Shown here piece by piece: positions 1 through 11,605 of a stretch of 64,000 nt of DNA. Source of the stretch: Octopus vulgaris. Lineage: Eukaryota. The notes under the pieces were generated by a model. That model had not been told where the DNA came from and searched no databases. It was given only the letters and a program-made list of their open reading frames with translations. The position numbers and the translations under genes are program-made. The stretch covers positions 113,088,001 to 113,152,000 of the forward strand of contig OX597814.1 in the NCBI GenBank assembly GCA_951406725.2, given 5' to 3'. Within the stretch, counting starts at the first letter, position 1. Each line of letters begins with the position of its first letter.

Positions 1-164
1 ATGATAGGAAAATAGGCGATGGGTGTTGTTTACATAGGCATATTCGTATACGAAACGTTGTGACTTTCAGTGCTTGCTCTTATTTCTACTGAAAATCTGT
101 AGAGATACACTTATAAAATGAAAACAACGCACTGCTAACACAAAAGTAGGACACAATATAGACT

Positions 165-565
165 TACTCTTTTACTCTTCTACTTGTTTCAGTCATTTGA
201 CTGCGGCCATGCCGGAGCACCGCCTTTAGTCGAGCAAATCGACCCCTGGATTTTTTCTTTGAAAGCCTAGTACTTATTCTATCGGTCTCTTTTGCCGAAC
301 CGCTAAGTTACGGATACGTAAACACACCAGCATCGGTTGTCAAGCGATGTTGGGGGGACAAACACAGACATGCAAACATATATATGTATATACATATATA
401 CGACGGGCTTCCTTCAGTTTCCGTCTACCAAATCCACTCACAAGGCTTTGGTCGGCCCGAGGCTATAGTAGAAGACACTTGCCCAAGGTGCCACATAGTG
501 GGAATGTGCCCGGAACCATGTGGTTGGTAAGCAAGCTACTTACCGCACAGCCACTCCTGCGCCTA
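165..565 (-). mobile_element. tRNA-derived SINE, family A (full length)
   Basis: The minus strand reads GGCGCAGGAGTGGCTGTGCGGTAAG (A-box) ... CCGGGCACATTCCC (degenerate B-box), an internal TA/TG microsatellite and a GTAAAAGA tail. It is near-identical to many other copies in the window. Confidence 0.85.
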
Positions 566-894
566 TAAACCTTTAATATGATTTGGTAGTAAATTATGGT
601 TGTAAAGCGAAATCTGTTGTCCTTACCAGCAATTAAGTACCAGCTGCCAGCAATGTATTCAATATGTAAAATTGAGTTCTATATTTAAGAGATGAGGAAT
701 TATTTACATTATTTACATTTGACGGATATTTCTCCTCATCTTGTTTGTTGATAACACAATGTTTCGGCTGATGTACCCTCCAGCCTTCATCACTGTATTC
801 CTACCATCCATACAGTGTAAAGAGAGGAATTCCTCAGTGCTTAAAACATCGAGAAAATAATATAAGTAGCGATCGTGATACCCACCACGAAGAA

Positions 895-1450
895 ATGATG
901 AAGCTCAGAAACAATCTATTAAGCAACAACTACCCCAAAAACATACTATCCACTTCAATTATGAAGAAAAGAGAAGCTGAAACCAATAAACCGTCCACAG
1001 TCTGTCTACCCTATGTGAAAGGCATCTTCGAAAAGATACAAAGGATATGCGGCCCATATGACATCAGGACAGTATTCAAGAGTAATACAACACTTTGCAA
1101 ATATCTCCTTCGAGTAAAACCACCAATAGAAGAGAATATGACCAAAGACTGCGTGTACTCCATCCCACGCAGCTGTGGTAGGTTATACAAAGGTGAGACA
1201 TGCCGCCCCTCAAAATAAGGGTAGAGGAGCATCACATAGCTGTGACATGAGGAGGTATTGATAAATCGTATATACGCGTTGCTGATCATGTATGGAAAAA
1301 ATGGAGACCACCTCCCTCTGAGGGATGAATAGACAGAGAACACCACTGGAAAATACGAAAGCTAAAAGAAGCAGCACATATCTCAGGACACAACAATCTC
1401 CTAAGTAGACCGAGTGCAGATATGAACAGCATATGGGAACTGGTATTAAG
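895..1450 (+). pseudogene. Frameshifted GIY-YIG endonuclease fragment of a Penelope-like element
   Basis: VYSIP-x-SCG-x-x-Y-x-GET motif. After a frameshift the sequence continues ..RVEEH.. and ..EHHWKIRKLKEAAHI.. Confidence 0.75.
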
Positions 1451-1507
1451 GAAGGATAGGAAAATATTAGATTTATAAGCCCTTAAATTCACTTCATAAT
1501 TGCCCAC

Positions 1508-1582
1508 GGGGATATGGCGTAGTGGTTAAGAGCGTAGGCTACTAACTCCAAGATTCCGAGTTTGATTCCAGGCAGTGATCTG
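1508..1582 (+). promoter_or_regulatory. tRNA-like Pol III promoter module (A/B boxes) inside the Penelope 3' pLTR
   Basis: GGGATATGGCGTAGTGGTTAAGAGCG (A-box TGGCGTAGTGG) ... GAGTTTGATTCC (B-box-like). It does not form a complete tRNA acceptor stem. Confidence 0.65.
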
Positions 1583-2799
1583 AATAATCATAACATCGAA
1601 AAGTACCTTAGGAATGGTATTTCCCCAAGACACCGAAACGTTGTGTTAATAATAAACAAGATGAAGACAAATATCCGTCAAATGTAAATAATGCATGTAA
1701 AATTGATCGATCCAATTTTGTTACACCTCTAAACTTAGTTGCTATTTAAGCAATGTGTTCGTGGATGGTTAATGGGTTGAATGTGATACTGAGGAAGGAA
1801 CGATAACTCCTGAAATGTGCATGTACACCAATCACCCGTTTTTCTATTTTTTCGATTGTATTGTTTGCATAGACGTATTCGTATACGAAACGTCGCGACT
1901 TTCAGCGCTGACTCTAAATTCTATAGAAAATTTATAGAGATACACTTAAAAAAATGAACACAACGCACTTCTAACACCTAGAAGGATACAGTGTTGCTTT
2001 TAACATCAAGAAGGACACAGTAAAGCCTTTAATATACCTGGTAGAATATTATAGCCGCAGGCAGTCTAGTGACCGAAGCGAGGAAAAGATAAAAGATTAA
2101 ACCGAAAATGATAAAATCAAGTAAAAAATAAAATAAATAAAATCCCAGGGACAGCCTTCAATATTTTTTTCATTTAAGAGGTTGTTTTTAAACCCAATAT
2201 TCTACGCGCTATTATTTATAGCTTTATCTCCTTTGAGTTCTCACGTTAAAAAATCTATTTCATATCTCTCGAACTTTCTAAAATTCTAAAATTTCTAGCA
2301 ACTTTCAGTGACAGCAGTTCATATTTGTTACCATTTAGCTGCTGGCCGGCTAAGATTGCCTAGACCTGTACTGAAGGCATTCCGGCCGTGACCATCTTGT
2401 GTTACTAGGAGTATGTCTTGAACTACATTATCTAATATGTGAGTCCACTAAGTTCCTGTAATTCCCATTTTCTATCACAGCTTCTGGTTCGTATTAATAC
2501 CACTTTTCTGTTATTATCGAAGTCCCATTTTCAGCTAACATATGAATACACTCTTTTGCCTACTCAGCCATGCCCACATTAATTCTCCTTTTGTGCGACT
2601 ATACTGTGCACACGCAAAATATGATTGATACTTTCCTGCAGATTCTACATTCATTGTCTCACACATTTTCTGGTCTTTGTTCTGTAATATAGAACATGTC
2701 TTTCTCTATTCATATTTTATGCAACCTTTTCTTCTATCCTATTCTGTTTGTCTCGCATCTGTAATAGGATTCCATTACAGTTCTACTGTTATTTCGACT

Positions 2800-2915
2800 T
2801 TTTAAAAGTCTGGTACTTACTCTGTTGTCTCTTTTGTCAAACCGCTAAGTCACATGGATGTAAACACACCAACACCGGTTGTCAAGCGGTGGGTAGAAGA
2901 CAAATACAAACACAA

Positions 2916-2948
<33 letters not shown>

Positions 2949-3130
2949 CACACACACACACAAAACATATATACGACGGGCTTCTTTCAGTATCCGCCTA
3001 CCAAATCCATCCACAAGGCTTTGCTTGGCTCGATGCTATAATAGAAGACACTTACCATGCAGTGGGACTGAGCCCAGAACCATGTGGTTACGAAACAAAC
3101 TTCTTACTACACAGCCACACCTACGCCTAT
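2800..3130 (-). mobile_element. SINE family A (diverged)
   Basis: Colinear with 165-565. Confidence 0.75.
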
Positions 3131-3644
3131 ACGTGCGATCTTTGTATAATTGACTCATGCAGAGCCTGATACGGCATTAAATATTTGACTAATGTATTTT
3201 TCTGTGCTAAACCCAAATCTCCCACAAAAATTGAACCCGGTTACCTTTGGAAACAATGGGGAGAATAATTTTTTCGAAATAAAAAAAAATCGAAATATGT
3301 ACTCTAATGTTCAAAGTATCGAAGTAAACTGAAGGCTCTGATAATCTTTAATGATCCGATTAGTGTGGCCTCCACCCATCATTTGTTACAGTTGATAGAG
3401 AAATGTGGATTATTGTTGCTTCGGACTAGAGACAAAAGTAAGAACTTTTATGTTGAACCAAGTTCAAATCCCTACAACCAGCTTGTCATAGATGAAAAGC
3501 AATCTACACGATTATAATCTTTGGGACCCTTAACCCCATCTTTACAATTGTGGAAAGAGCCTTTTGCTGTCCCTATCCACTTATTGTTGTGAATAAGGGT
3601 TTTCAGAAAATGTTTTTAAAACAATTTCGTGCCAGAAAATCAAT

Positions 3645-4053
3645 TATTCTTTTATTCTTTTATTCTTTTACTTGTTTCAGTCATTTGACTGCGGCCATGC
3701 TGGAGCACCACCTTTAGTCGAGCAAATCTACCCCAGAACTTATTCTTTGTAAGCCTAGTACTTATTCTATCGGTCTCTTTCACCGAACCGCTAAGTTACG
3801 GGTGCGTAAACACACCAGCATCGCTTGTCAAGCGATGTTGGGGGGACAAACACAGACACACAAGCACACACACACATATATATATATACATATATACGAC
3901 GGGCTTTTTTCAGTTTCCGTCTACCAAATCCACTTACAAGGCTTTGGTCGGCCCGAGGCTATAGTAGAAGACACTTGCCCAAGGTGCCACGCAGTGGGAC
4001 TGAACCCAGGACCGTGTGGTTGGTAAGCAAGCCACTTACCACACAGCCACGCC
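3645..4053 (-). mobile_element. SINE family A
   Basis: Near-identical to 165-565. Confidence 0.85.
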
Positions 4054-4091
4054 CGGGAATGATTTGTAGCTGTGTCTGTGTGTCCCTCTGA

Positions 4092-4420
4092 AGCGAAGGT
4101 GCGTGGTTTAGGGGTTAGAGCATTCGGTTCACGATCTTAAGATCACAAGTTCGATTCCTGGTGACGCGTTGTGTCCTTGAGCAAGATACTTTATTTCACG
4201 TTGCTCCGGTCCACTCAGCTGGCAAAAATGAGCTGTACCTATATTTCAAAGGGCCAGCCCTATCGCATTCTCTGTCACGCTGAATCTTCCTGAGAACTAC
4301 GTTTAGGGCACACGTGTCTGTGGAGTGCTCAGCCACTTGCACATTAATTTTACGAGCAGGCTGTTCTGTTGATCGGATCAACTGGAACACTCGTCGTCGT
4401 AACCGACGGAGGACCAGTTA
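4092..4420 (+). mobile_element. tRNA-derived SINE family D (CORE-like central domain)
   Basis: A-box-like GTGGTTTAGGGG and B-box AGTTCGATTCC, then TGTGTCCTTGAGCAAGATACTT...CCACTCAGCTG...AAATGAG. A second copy lies at 52270-52602. Confidence 0.8.
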
Positions 4421-4584
4421 AATGTGATATGTAATTTGTCCTATGCGTGTATTTCTGTTGGGATTCAATTATTTGAACTAATTAATGTATCATTATAATT
4501 CTAAATGGCTTCTTAGTGCTTAATTAATACGAAAATATGATAAGCTGCATTCTAATTCCGATATTTCTAATTCTATTAACTCAT

Positions 4585-5156
4585 AATCCTTTCTACTAAA
4601 GGCACAAGGCCTGGAGTTTGGGGGAGGAGGAATAGTCAATTACATCGACCCCAGTACTCAGCTGGTACTTATTTGATCGATTCTGAAAGTATGAAAGGCA
4701 AAGTCCACCTCAGCAGAATTTGAACTCAGAACGTAAAGACGCTAAGCATTTTGCCCAGTGTACTAACGATCCTTTCTACTTTTGGTACACAGCCTGGATT
4801 TTGGGGGGAAGGGGGGAGGTCGATCGCATCAATCCCAGTACTCAACTGGTACTTGATTTATCAATCCCGAAAGGATGAAAGTAAAGCTGAACAGAATTTG
4901 AACTCAGAACGTAGCGACGGGCGAAATACCTATTTCTTTACTGCCCACAAGGGGCTACACACAGAGGGGACAAACAAGGACAGATAAACGGATTAAGTCG
5001 ATTACATCGATCCCAGTGCGTAACTGGTACTTATTTAATCGAACCCGAAAGGATGAAAGGTAAAGCTGTACTCGGCAGAATTTGAACTCAGAACGTAGCG
5101 ACGTACCACTAAGCATTTCGACCGGCGTGCTAACGACCCTGCCAGCTCGTTGCCTT
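4585..5156 (-). mobile_element. Tandem cluster of SINE family B units
   Basis: Three partly overlapping copies of AAGGC..GAGCTGGCAG..GTTAGCAC..GTTCTGAGTTCAAATT..CTTTCATCCTTTCGGG..AAGTACCAG on the minus strand. Confidence 0.8.
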
Positions 5157-5842
5157 AATTCTAGCTACTTACAATAAACAGTGATTATATATTCATTAAA
5201 AGTTTAATTATAATCTATAATGTTATTCTGCATGACACGATATGCGTTCGTAAGTTACACTGTTGTCAAGCTTCACTATGGAAGCTTCAATCGGTAACTT
5301 TAAAATTACAAAATAATGTAATGAGCAATCATGGGTTTATGCATCTAATTAGAAATAAAAGCTTTCATAAAAAGGTAGAATGTCCACGAACGAGAATTGT
5401 TAGTATAATAGTAATATAGTTACAACTACATACATGTATATTCAATATACAACATTATATGTGTGTGTGTGTGTGTGTGGAGATGTTTGTGGGTATATAT
5501 ATAAGGTGCACAAACAAATATTGTATATTGGTTATTATTTTGACCTTCAACGAGAAGGTAGAAGTATCTTTGATATTTCGAGCAGAAGCTATTCTTCAAA
5601 ATGTTAAAAAGTTAAGTAGAAGGAAAAGTGTAAAAAAAAGGAAGAAAAAACGAAAGTAACGGAGATCAGTAACTGACATACAATATCATATAGTTGAGGG
5701 TCCAGTTGTATTTAGTTACTTATGAAAACGTTGGCACATTACTCGAAAAGTATATGATCAAGTGATGCTCTGTATCGCTCGTGCAATCTCGTTAATCAAT
5801 GATCCTTTCACACCTATTTTGGCTAGTACAATAAAGTCTATT

Positions 5843-5883
5843 CTTCGTAGAGGAGGTCCAATAAGACCGGAACATGTCGGGAG
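5843..5883 (+). ncRNA. Degenerate hammerhead-like motif (paralog of 37448-37488)
   Basis: CTTCG-TAGAGGA-GGTC caataa GACC-GGAAC-AT-GTC-GGGAG. Stem II is intact and the 5' core strand is mutated. Confidence 0.4.
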
Positions 5884-5968
5884 TTGCTTAAAAACTTAAA
5901 ATAATATAATAGTCAATGACTCATATCGTTTATTTTATTCTCACTACATAATTACTTTTAGTTAACAT

Positions 5969-7001
5969 GGTGCAGGTGTGGATGTCTGGTTAGCAACCTG
6001 CTTTCCAACCACATGGTTCCAAGTTCAGTCTCGCCGCGTGACACTTTGGGCAAGTATCTTCTACTATAGCTCTGGGCCCAGCAAAGCCTTGTTGTTGGTA
6101 GACGGAAACTGAAAGAAGCCCGCCGTATATATGTATATATATATATATATAACATAAGGGACTAAAGCCATCTGAATATGGCTAGGGACAGGGCAGGGTG
6201 GTGGGGGTGTTACTGTTGCATTTAGCCCCAGGCGAACATCGACGTCGCCAGATAGGCTTGACACCATCACGGTGTCCTTTAACCTGCAAAGGGAGATAAT
6301 TCCCCGATGAAGCGGAAACCACACACGGACCATGGTTTCAAGGTGTATTGCCTATCATCAACGTGTGGTAGACCATGGTCCGTGTGTGGTTTCCGCTTCA
6401 TCGGGGAATTATCTCCCTTTGCAGGTTAAAGGACACCGTGATGGTGTCAAGCCTATCTGGCGACATCGATGTTCGCCTGGGGCTAAATGCAACAGTAACA
6501 CCCCCACCACCCTGCCCTGTCCCTAGCCATATTCAGATGGCTTTAGTCCCTTATGTTATGGAGCAGTTACTGTCTATATCTCATTTAGAGAATTATTATT
6601 GCTGTCGAACAGATTTTCGAAATCAGCAAATGTATTTTGCTTGAAAATCTATATATGAATATCCTGCAGAGTGAGATTTCGTCGAGGAAGCGGGGGCCTA
6701 CCACACGTTGATGATAGGCAATACACCTTGAAACCATGGTCCGTGTGTGGTTTCCGCTTCATCGGGGAATTATCTCCCTTTGCAGGTTAAAGGACACCGT
6801 GATGGTGTCAAGCCTATCTGGCGACGTCGATGTTCGCCTGGGGCTAAATGCAACAGTAACACCCCCACCACCCTGCCCTGTCCCTAGCCATATTCAGATG
6901 GCTTTAGTCCCTTATGTTATGGAGCAGTTACTGTCTATATCTCATTTAGAGAATTATTATATATATATATATATACTTTATTTAAAGCAGCAGAAAATAA
7001 A

Positions 7002-7044
<43 letters not shown>

Positions 7045-7245
7045 TATGTGTGTGTCTTCGTGTGTGTTCCACAACCGCTGTTAGTGTGTTTACGTCCCCA
7101 TAACTTGGTAATTCGGCAAAAAGACAGAAAGAATAAGTGCTTGGCGTAAAAAAGGTCCTGGAGTCGATTCCTTCGAGTAAAAATTTTCAAGACGGTACCC
7201 CAGCATGGCCACAGTCTGACGACTGAAACGGCTAAGAGATAGAAG
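5969..7245 (+). mobile_element. SINE family A split at its internal TA tract by the 6149-6960 rearranged insert
   Basis: SINE head at 5969-6150 and SINE tail at about 7070-7245, in the same orientation. Confidence 0.65.
6149..6960. repeat. Three near-identical copies of a ~190-260 bp GC-rich unit: inverted (6149-6371), direct (6372-6599), direct (6698-6960)
   Basis: Direct reading of the sequence. The same spurious peptide MVRVWFPLHRGIISL.. appears three times in the ORF track, once on the minus strand. Confidence 0.95.
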
Positions 7246-7459
7246 ACGGCCAATGCTATATGCATTAAATTTTAATACTAACTTTACTGTAGTTAATCCT
7301 TTATGCTAGAGGCACGAGACCTAAAATTTTTTGAGTGAGGGTACTAGTCGATTATACCGGCCCCAGTGTTTCACTGGTACTTAATTTATCGATCCCGAAA
7401 TGATGTAAGACAAATTCGACCTCGGCGGAATTTGAACTCAGAACGTAAATATAGACGAA

Positions 7460-8025
7460 ATGCCGCTAAGCATTTCGCCTGGCGTGCTAACGCTTCTGCT
7501 AGTTTGCCTTATTCCAGGTAAAATAATGAGTGAAGTTTCGTACAGGAAGAAATGAAATTCTTTCATTACTTAATCCGATCAATTTTCAATATCGAATGCA
7601 GCACGGAGATGGCCGTGTGGTCAAGAAGCTTGCTTTGCAACTAAATGGTTTCTGGTTCAATCCTACTGTGCGGCACTTTGAGCAAGTATATTCTACTATA
7701 GTCCCGGGCTAACCAGTATCTTGTGAGTGAATTCAAGGGATGGAAACCGTGCGAAAGCTTATCTTATATACATATACATATACATACATACATACATACA
7801 TACGTGTGTGTGTGTGTGTATATACACACACACACACACATATATACATATACATACATAGCAACATACAAATACTTATACACCCCCATACACACACAAG
7901 TCAAAGTAGGACATTGGCAAAATTCTTGGTATTATTTATTCTCCATTATATATGTTTCGTTTGCGAATAGGAGTTACAAAATTATCCATACAAGAAAAAA
8001 CGTAGGATATCTCCTATTAGAAATT

Positions 8026-8077
<52 letters not shown>

Positions 8078-9541
8078 TATACATATATATTTTATTCATT
8101 ATTCCTTTAGGTTTTGGTTAATGTAAGTTTGATTGTTACATTAATTGGTAATGTTTTACCTATATTTACAATCCAAAATGTCCACCTCCTGCTTTTTCCA
8201 TTTTAAAATTTTCCCATTATACTGGCCATTTTCAATCCTACAATTTATTCACATTTTGTTTGAACCGCCATATTTAATTTAGGATAAACAATAAAACAAA
8301 AGAATGTTCGGAAGTTTTATGTAATATTTTTGCGAATAAAAATGTCACGATTTATGTTTGAATAATGGGATAATTGTTTTATATAATTAATGGGTAAATG
8401 TATATGATGCATCAGGTGCATACGCATGCGCATACATACACATGCACAGAGTCATATGTCTATCTGTGTGTGTCTTTCTGTCTGCATTAATCACTCCTTA
8501 CCACTGCTTGACAACCGGTGTTAGATTGTTTACGTCACCGTAACTTAGTAGTTCAGCAAAAAGATCGACAAAATGAGCACCAGACTTGAAAAAGAACATA
8601 AGTACTGGCGTCGATTTGCTCGACTAAAATTCTTCAGGACCCCAGCATGGCCGCAGTCTGAAACAAATAAGAAAAAATAAAGTAAAATGAGGAAAACAAT
8701 GGTTCCTAAAAATTTATTTGTCGTCGTGGGACGACTTTCGATGATAAATTCGGCTTTGAAGTATTTAAAAAGAAATTACCGTATTTTGTGGAACTCGGGT
8801 ATAAGATGTACCCCCAATTTAGTGTTAAATATTGAGACAACATTTTTTCTCGTTATAGTTTTAGCAGGGCCTCTTGTACATATGACACCCAGCTTTTTCC
8901 TTTTTAAAATCAAGTATAAAATAACGCGATTTATAGACGAGTAAATACGGTATACGAAATTTTTGCTAAATGCCAGATTGTTTAGGAAACCCACTCACAG
9001 TAGAAGTAAAGTGATTGGCTAGAAATGTATCCATCTCCAGACTATAACGGTTTTAGGCATTCAAGATATGGAGATTTGTGTGTTAGATGTAACGAGTAAA
9101 ATGGTAACTTCTAGAATATGAATAAATCTGGTGGCAACACTAAAATAATCAATCTTTGGTAGATTCTAAAATGCGATTTGTTTGGTCTAAAATAACCATT
9201 CGTATGACGGACATTTTGCCCGTCGTGCTAACATTTCTGCTCGTTTGCCGCCTTATCCCAGGTAAAATAATGAGTTTCGTATAGGAAGAAATGAAATTCT
9301 TTCATTACTTAATCAGATCAATTTTCAATATCGAATGCAGCACAGGTATGTCTGTATGGTCAAGAAGCTTGCTTTGCAACTAAATGGTTTCTGGTTCAAT
9401 CCTACTGTGCACCTTGGGCAAGTATATTCCACTATAGTCCCGGGCTAACCAATATCTTATGAGTGAATTCGGGGGATGGAAACTGTGCGAAAGCTTATCT
9501 TATATACATACACACATATATATATGTATATGTGTATGTGT

Positions 9542-9610
<69 letters not shown>

Positions 9611-9730
9611 TATATATATACACACACATATATATATACATATACATACATAGCCACATACAAATACTTATACACCCCCCTCCACAAGTCACAATAGGAC
9701 ATTGGCAAAATTTTTTCAAATATTTATGTT
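7460..9730 (+). repeat. Local duplication: about 7460-7945 is repeated at about 9210-9730
   Basis: Both copies share the unique stretch CCAGGTAAAATAATGAG...TTCATTACTTAATC..ATCAATTTTCAATATCGAATGCAGCAC, the SINE head, the microsatellite and GGACATTGGCAAAATT. Confidence 0.9.
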
Positions 9731-9944
9731 CACATAAATAAACTGACAGAACATAACATACCTCACTTCTATTTATTTCCCGTTCATATCACAAAAGAAC
9801 ACAAATCTTATATCTAGTAAATACTTTTTAAAGCAATGTTGAGAGTCGCAATTACCCATACTTAGTATATTTTAAGTAATGAAATAGTTACTGATGTGTT
9901 GTTTAAAATATGCAAGAGGGTGTAGATTACATATTGTAATTGTC

Positions 9945-10140
9945 TTTGTTAAATCCCAGATTAGCACTAATCAAGCAAGTCTAGAGTTATTCCAGACGTG
10001 ATTACCCGCTCCTTTTGCTTCCAGATAAGTATACCTAGGATTACACCATCTAATGTGTCTTTGTATTTCTGAGACGGTAGGGTGTGATTTGAGTAGCATT
10101 TAGATGCTATTTCTAAGCAGGACGAGCGACCCCGTGCACA
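9945..10140 (+). mobile_element. Short interspersed repeat family E (other copies near 2335-2440, 31770-31925 -, 36862-37060, 56950-57070 -)
   Basis: Shared motifs ATCAAGCA..A..GCATTCC..C.TGACCATC, ACTACATTATCTAAT and GTGATTTGAG..GATTT.G.TGCTATTTCTA. Confidence 0.5.
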
Positions 10141-10289
10141 TCCTCGTATCGGTTCCTATATTCTATTGTCTGTAATGTGAATATGTATGTATATACGATT
10201 GTATGTGTGTATACATGTGTTTGGTATATGTATGTAGATAGATAGAAACAAAGATCGACTCTTCAGGACATGATAACACTACACACACA

Positions 10290-10320
<31 letters not shown>

Positions 10321-10952
10321 CCTCACACACAAACACAAATAAATAAAGAATTTAAGCTGTAGTTCATCTCATTTCCTTAAAAATATTGGAAGACTTTTTT
10401 TTTATATGTGTATGTATTTAAAGAAAAAATTCTTCCATTACTCCGGACTAATTTTTATATCATTATTGACATACATAAGTATGAAAGTTTTACATGGAAA
10501 AATAGGAATGGCTCATCGTTGCTCTACCGCTTCTGCTAATCCAGCGTCCTACTACCATTGTTTAAAGTAAAACTGAAATACAGCAGTGATAACAATTATT
10601 TCCTCCCACACAGTTTTACAACATCAATTATGTTAGAAAGTTATATGAGAAAATATCATAGAAAATACCGCATCCAAAACGTTGCTCGTTAATCTTATCA
10701 TAAAACTAATCTGTAATTAATAAGCAATAGTTGGACTTTAAATAATAATTAATCTTGGTGGACACGTAGAGATTCTCTTCTAATTACTTGCTTGATTAAA
10801 TACTCAATTAGGATCAACTGATCTAAATTAGGAGAATATCGAAAACCATAACGCATCACAATAGCCACACTGAATTACATTTAGAAATTGCTTGTGGACG
10901 TGTTTGGTATACTATATATGATGTGTCCATGGAATATGTATATATATACATA

Positions 10953-11002
<50 letters not shown>

Positions 11003-11161
11003 GTGAAAAACCACAGAAGGCTTGTGTTATAAGGTTAAAGAATATAATTAAGTCGTTATGTTAGAAAAATGTTATAAAATTTTGTGTATAGTAACATAAT
11101 TTTTGGAGAAATAATATTTTTTATACATCCAACCACATGCTTTCACACACCAACTCTCTCA

Positions 11162-11213
<52 letters not shown>

Positions 11214-11315
11214 CATATATATATAAGTTACGGGGACGTAAACACACCAACATCGGTTATCAAGCGATGATTAGAGAACTAATACACACACAAAGACACA
11301 TACACATAAATGTAT

Positions 11316-11388
<73 letters not shown>

Positions 11389-11389
<1 letters not shown>

Positions 11390-11605
11390 TAGTTCTCTAA
11401 TCATCGCTTGATAACCGATGCTGGTGTGTTTACGTCCCCGTAACTTAGCAGTTCGGCAAAAGAAACCGACACAGTAAGTACTAGGCTTATGAAGAATAAG
11501 TCCTGGGTGGGGGGAATCGATTTCTCCGGTTAAAAAACCCCATTTGAGTCGGTGCTCCAGCATGGCCGCAGTCAAATGACTGAAGCGAGTAAAAGAATAA
11601 AAGAA
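11389..11605 (+). mobile_element. SINE family A, 3' half
   Basis: CATCGCTTGATAACCGATGCTGGTGTGTTTACGTCCCCGTAACTTAGC...CAGCATGGCCGCAGTCAAATGACTGAA. Confidence 0.8.

Larger units (their letters stand above)
675..1692 (+). mobile_element. 5'-truncated Penelope-like retroelement: inverted pLTR 675-792, decayed RT C-terminus/GIY-YIG, 3' pLTR
   Basis: ORF 895-1218 has CLPYVKGIFEKIQRIC...VFKS...VYSIPRSCGRLYKGETCRP, the Penelope linker plus GIY-YIG start. 706-765 is the reverse complement of 1635-1692, the typical inverted-pLTR layout. Confidence 0.85.

Noticed and set aside
347-568. Recurring peptide [31 protein letters not shown] in many ORFs
   Set aside because: It is the antisense translation of SINE family A, so its recurrence reflects the repeat.
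1508-1582. tRNA gene (also the heads at 4092, 52270, 53836, 58984, 61672)
   Set aside because: A and B boxes are present, but there is no closed acceptor stem or oligo-T terminator, and each runs into a repeat body.
6661-6700. HDV-like ribozyme suggested by TTCCTCG on the minus strand
   Set aside because: I could not build P1, P2 and P3 pairings around the motif.
6064-7149. Three copies of an ORF starting MVRVWFPLHRGIISL
   Set aside because: It is a by-product of the triplication. It has no protein-like features and a different ending in each copy.
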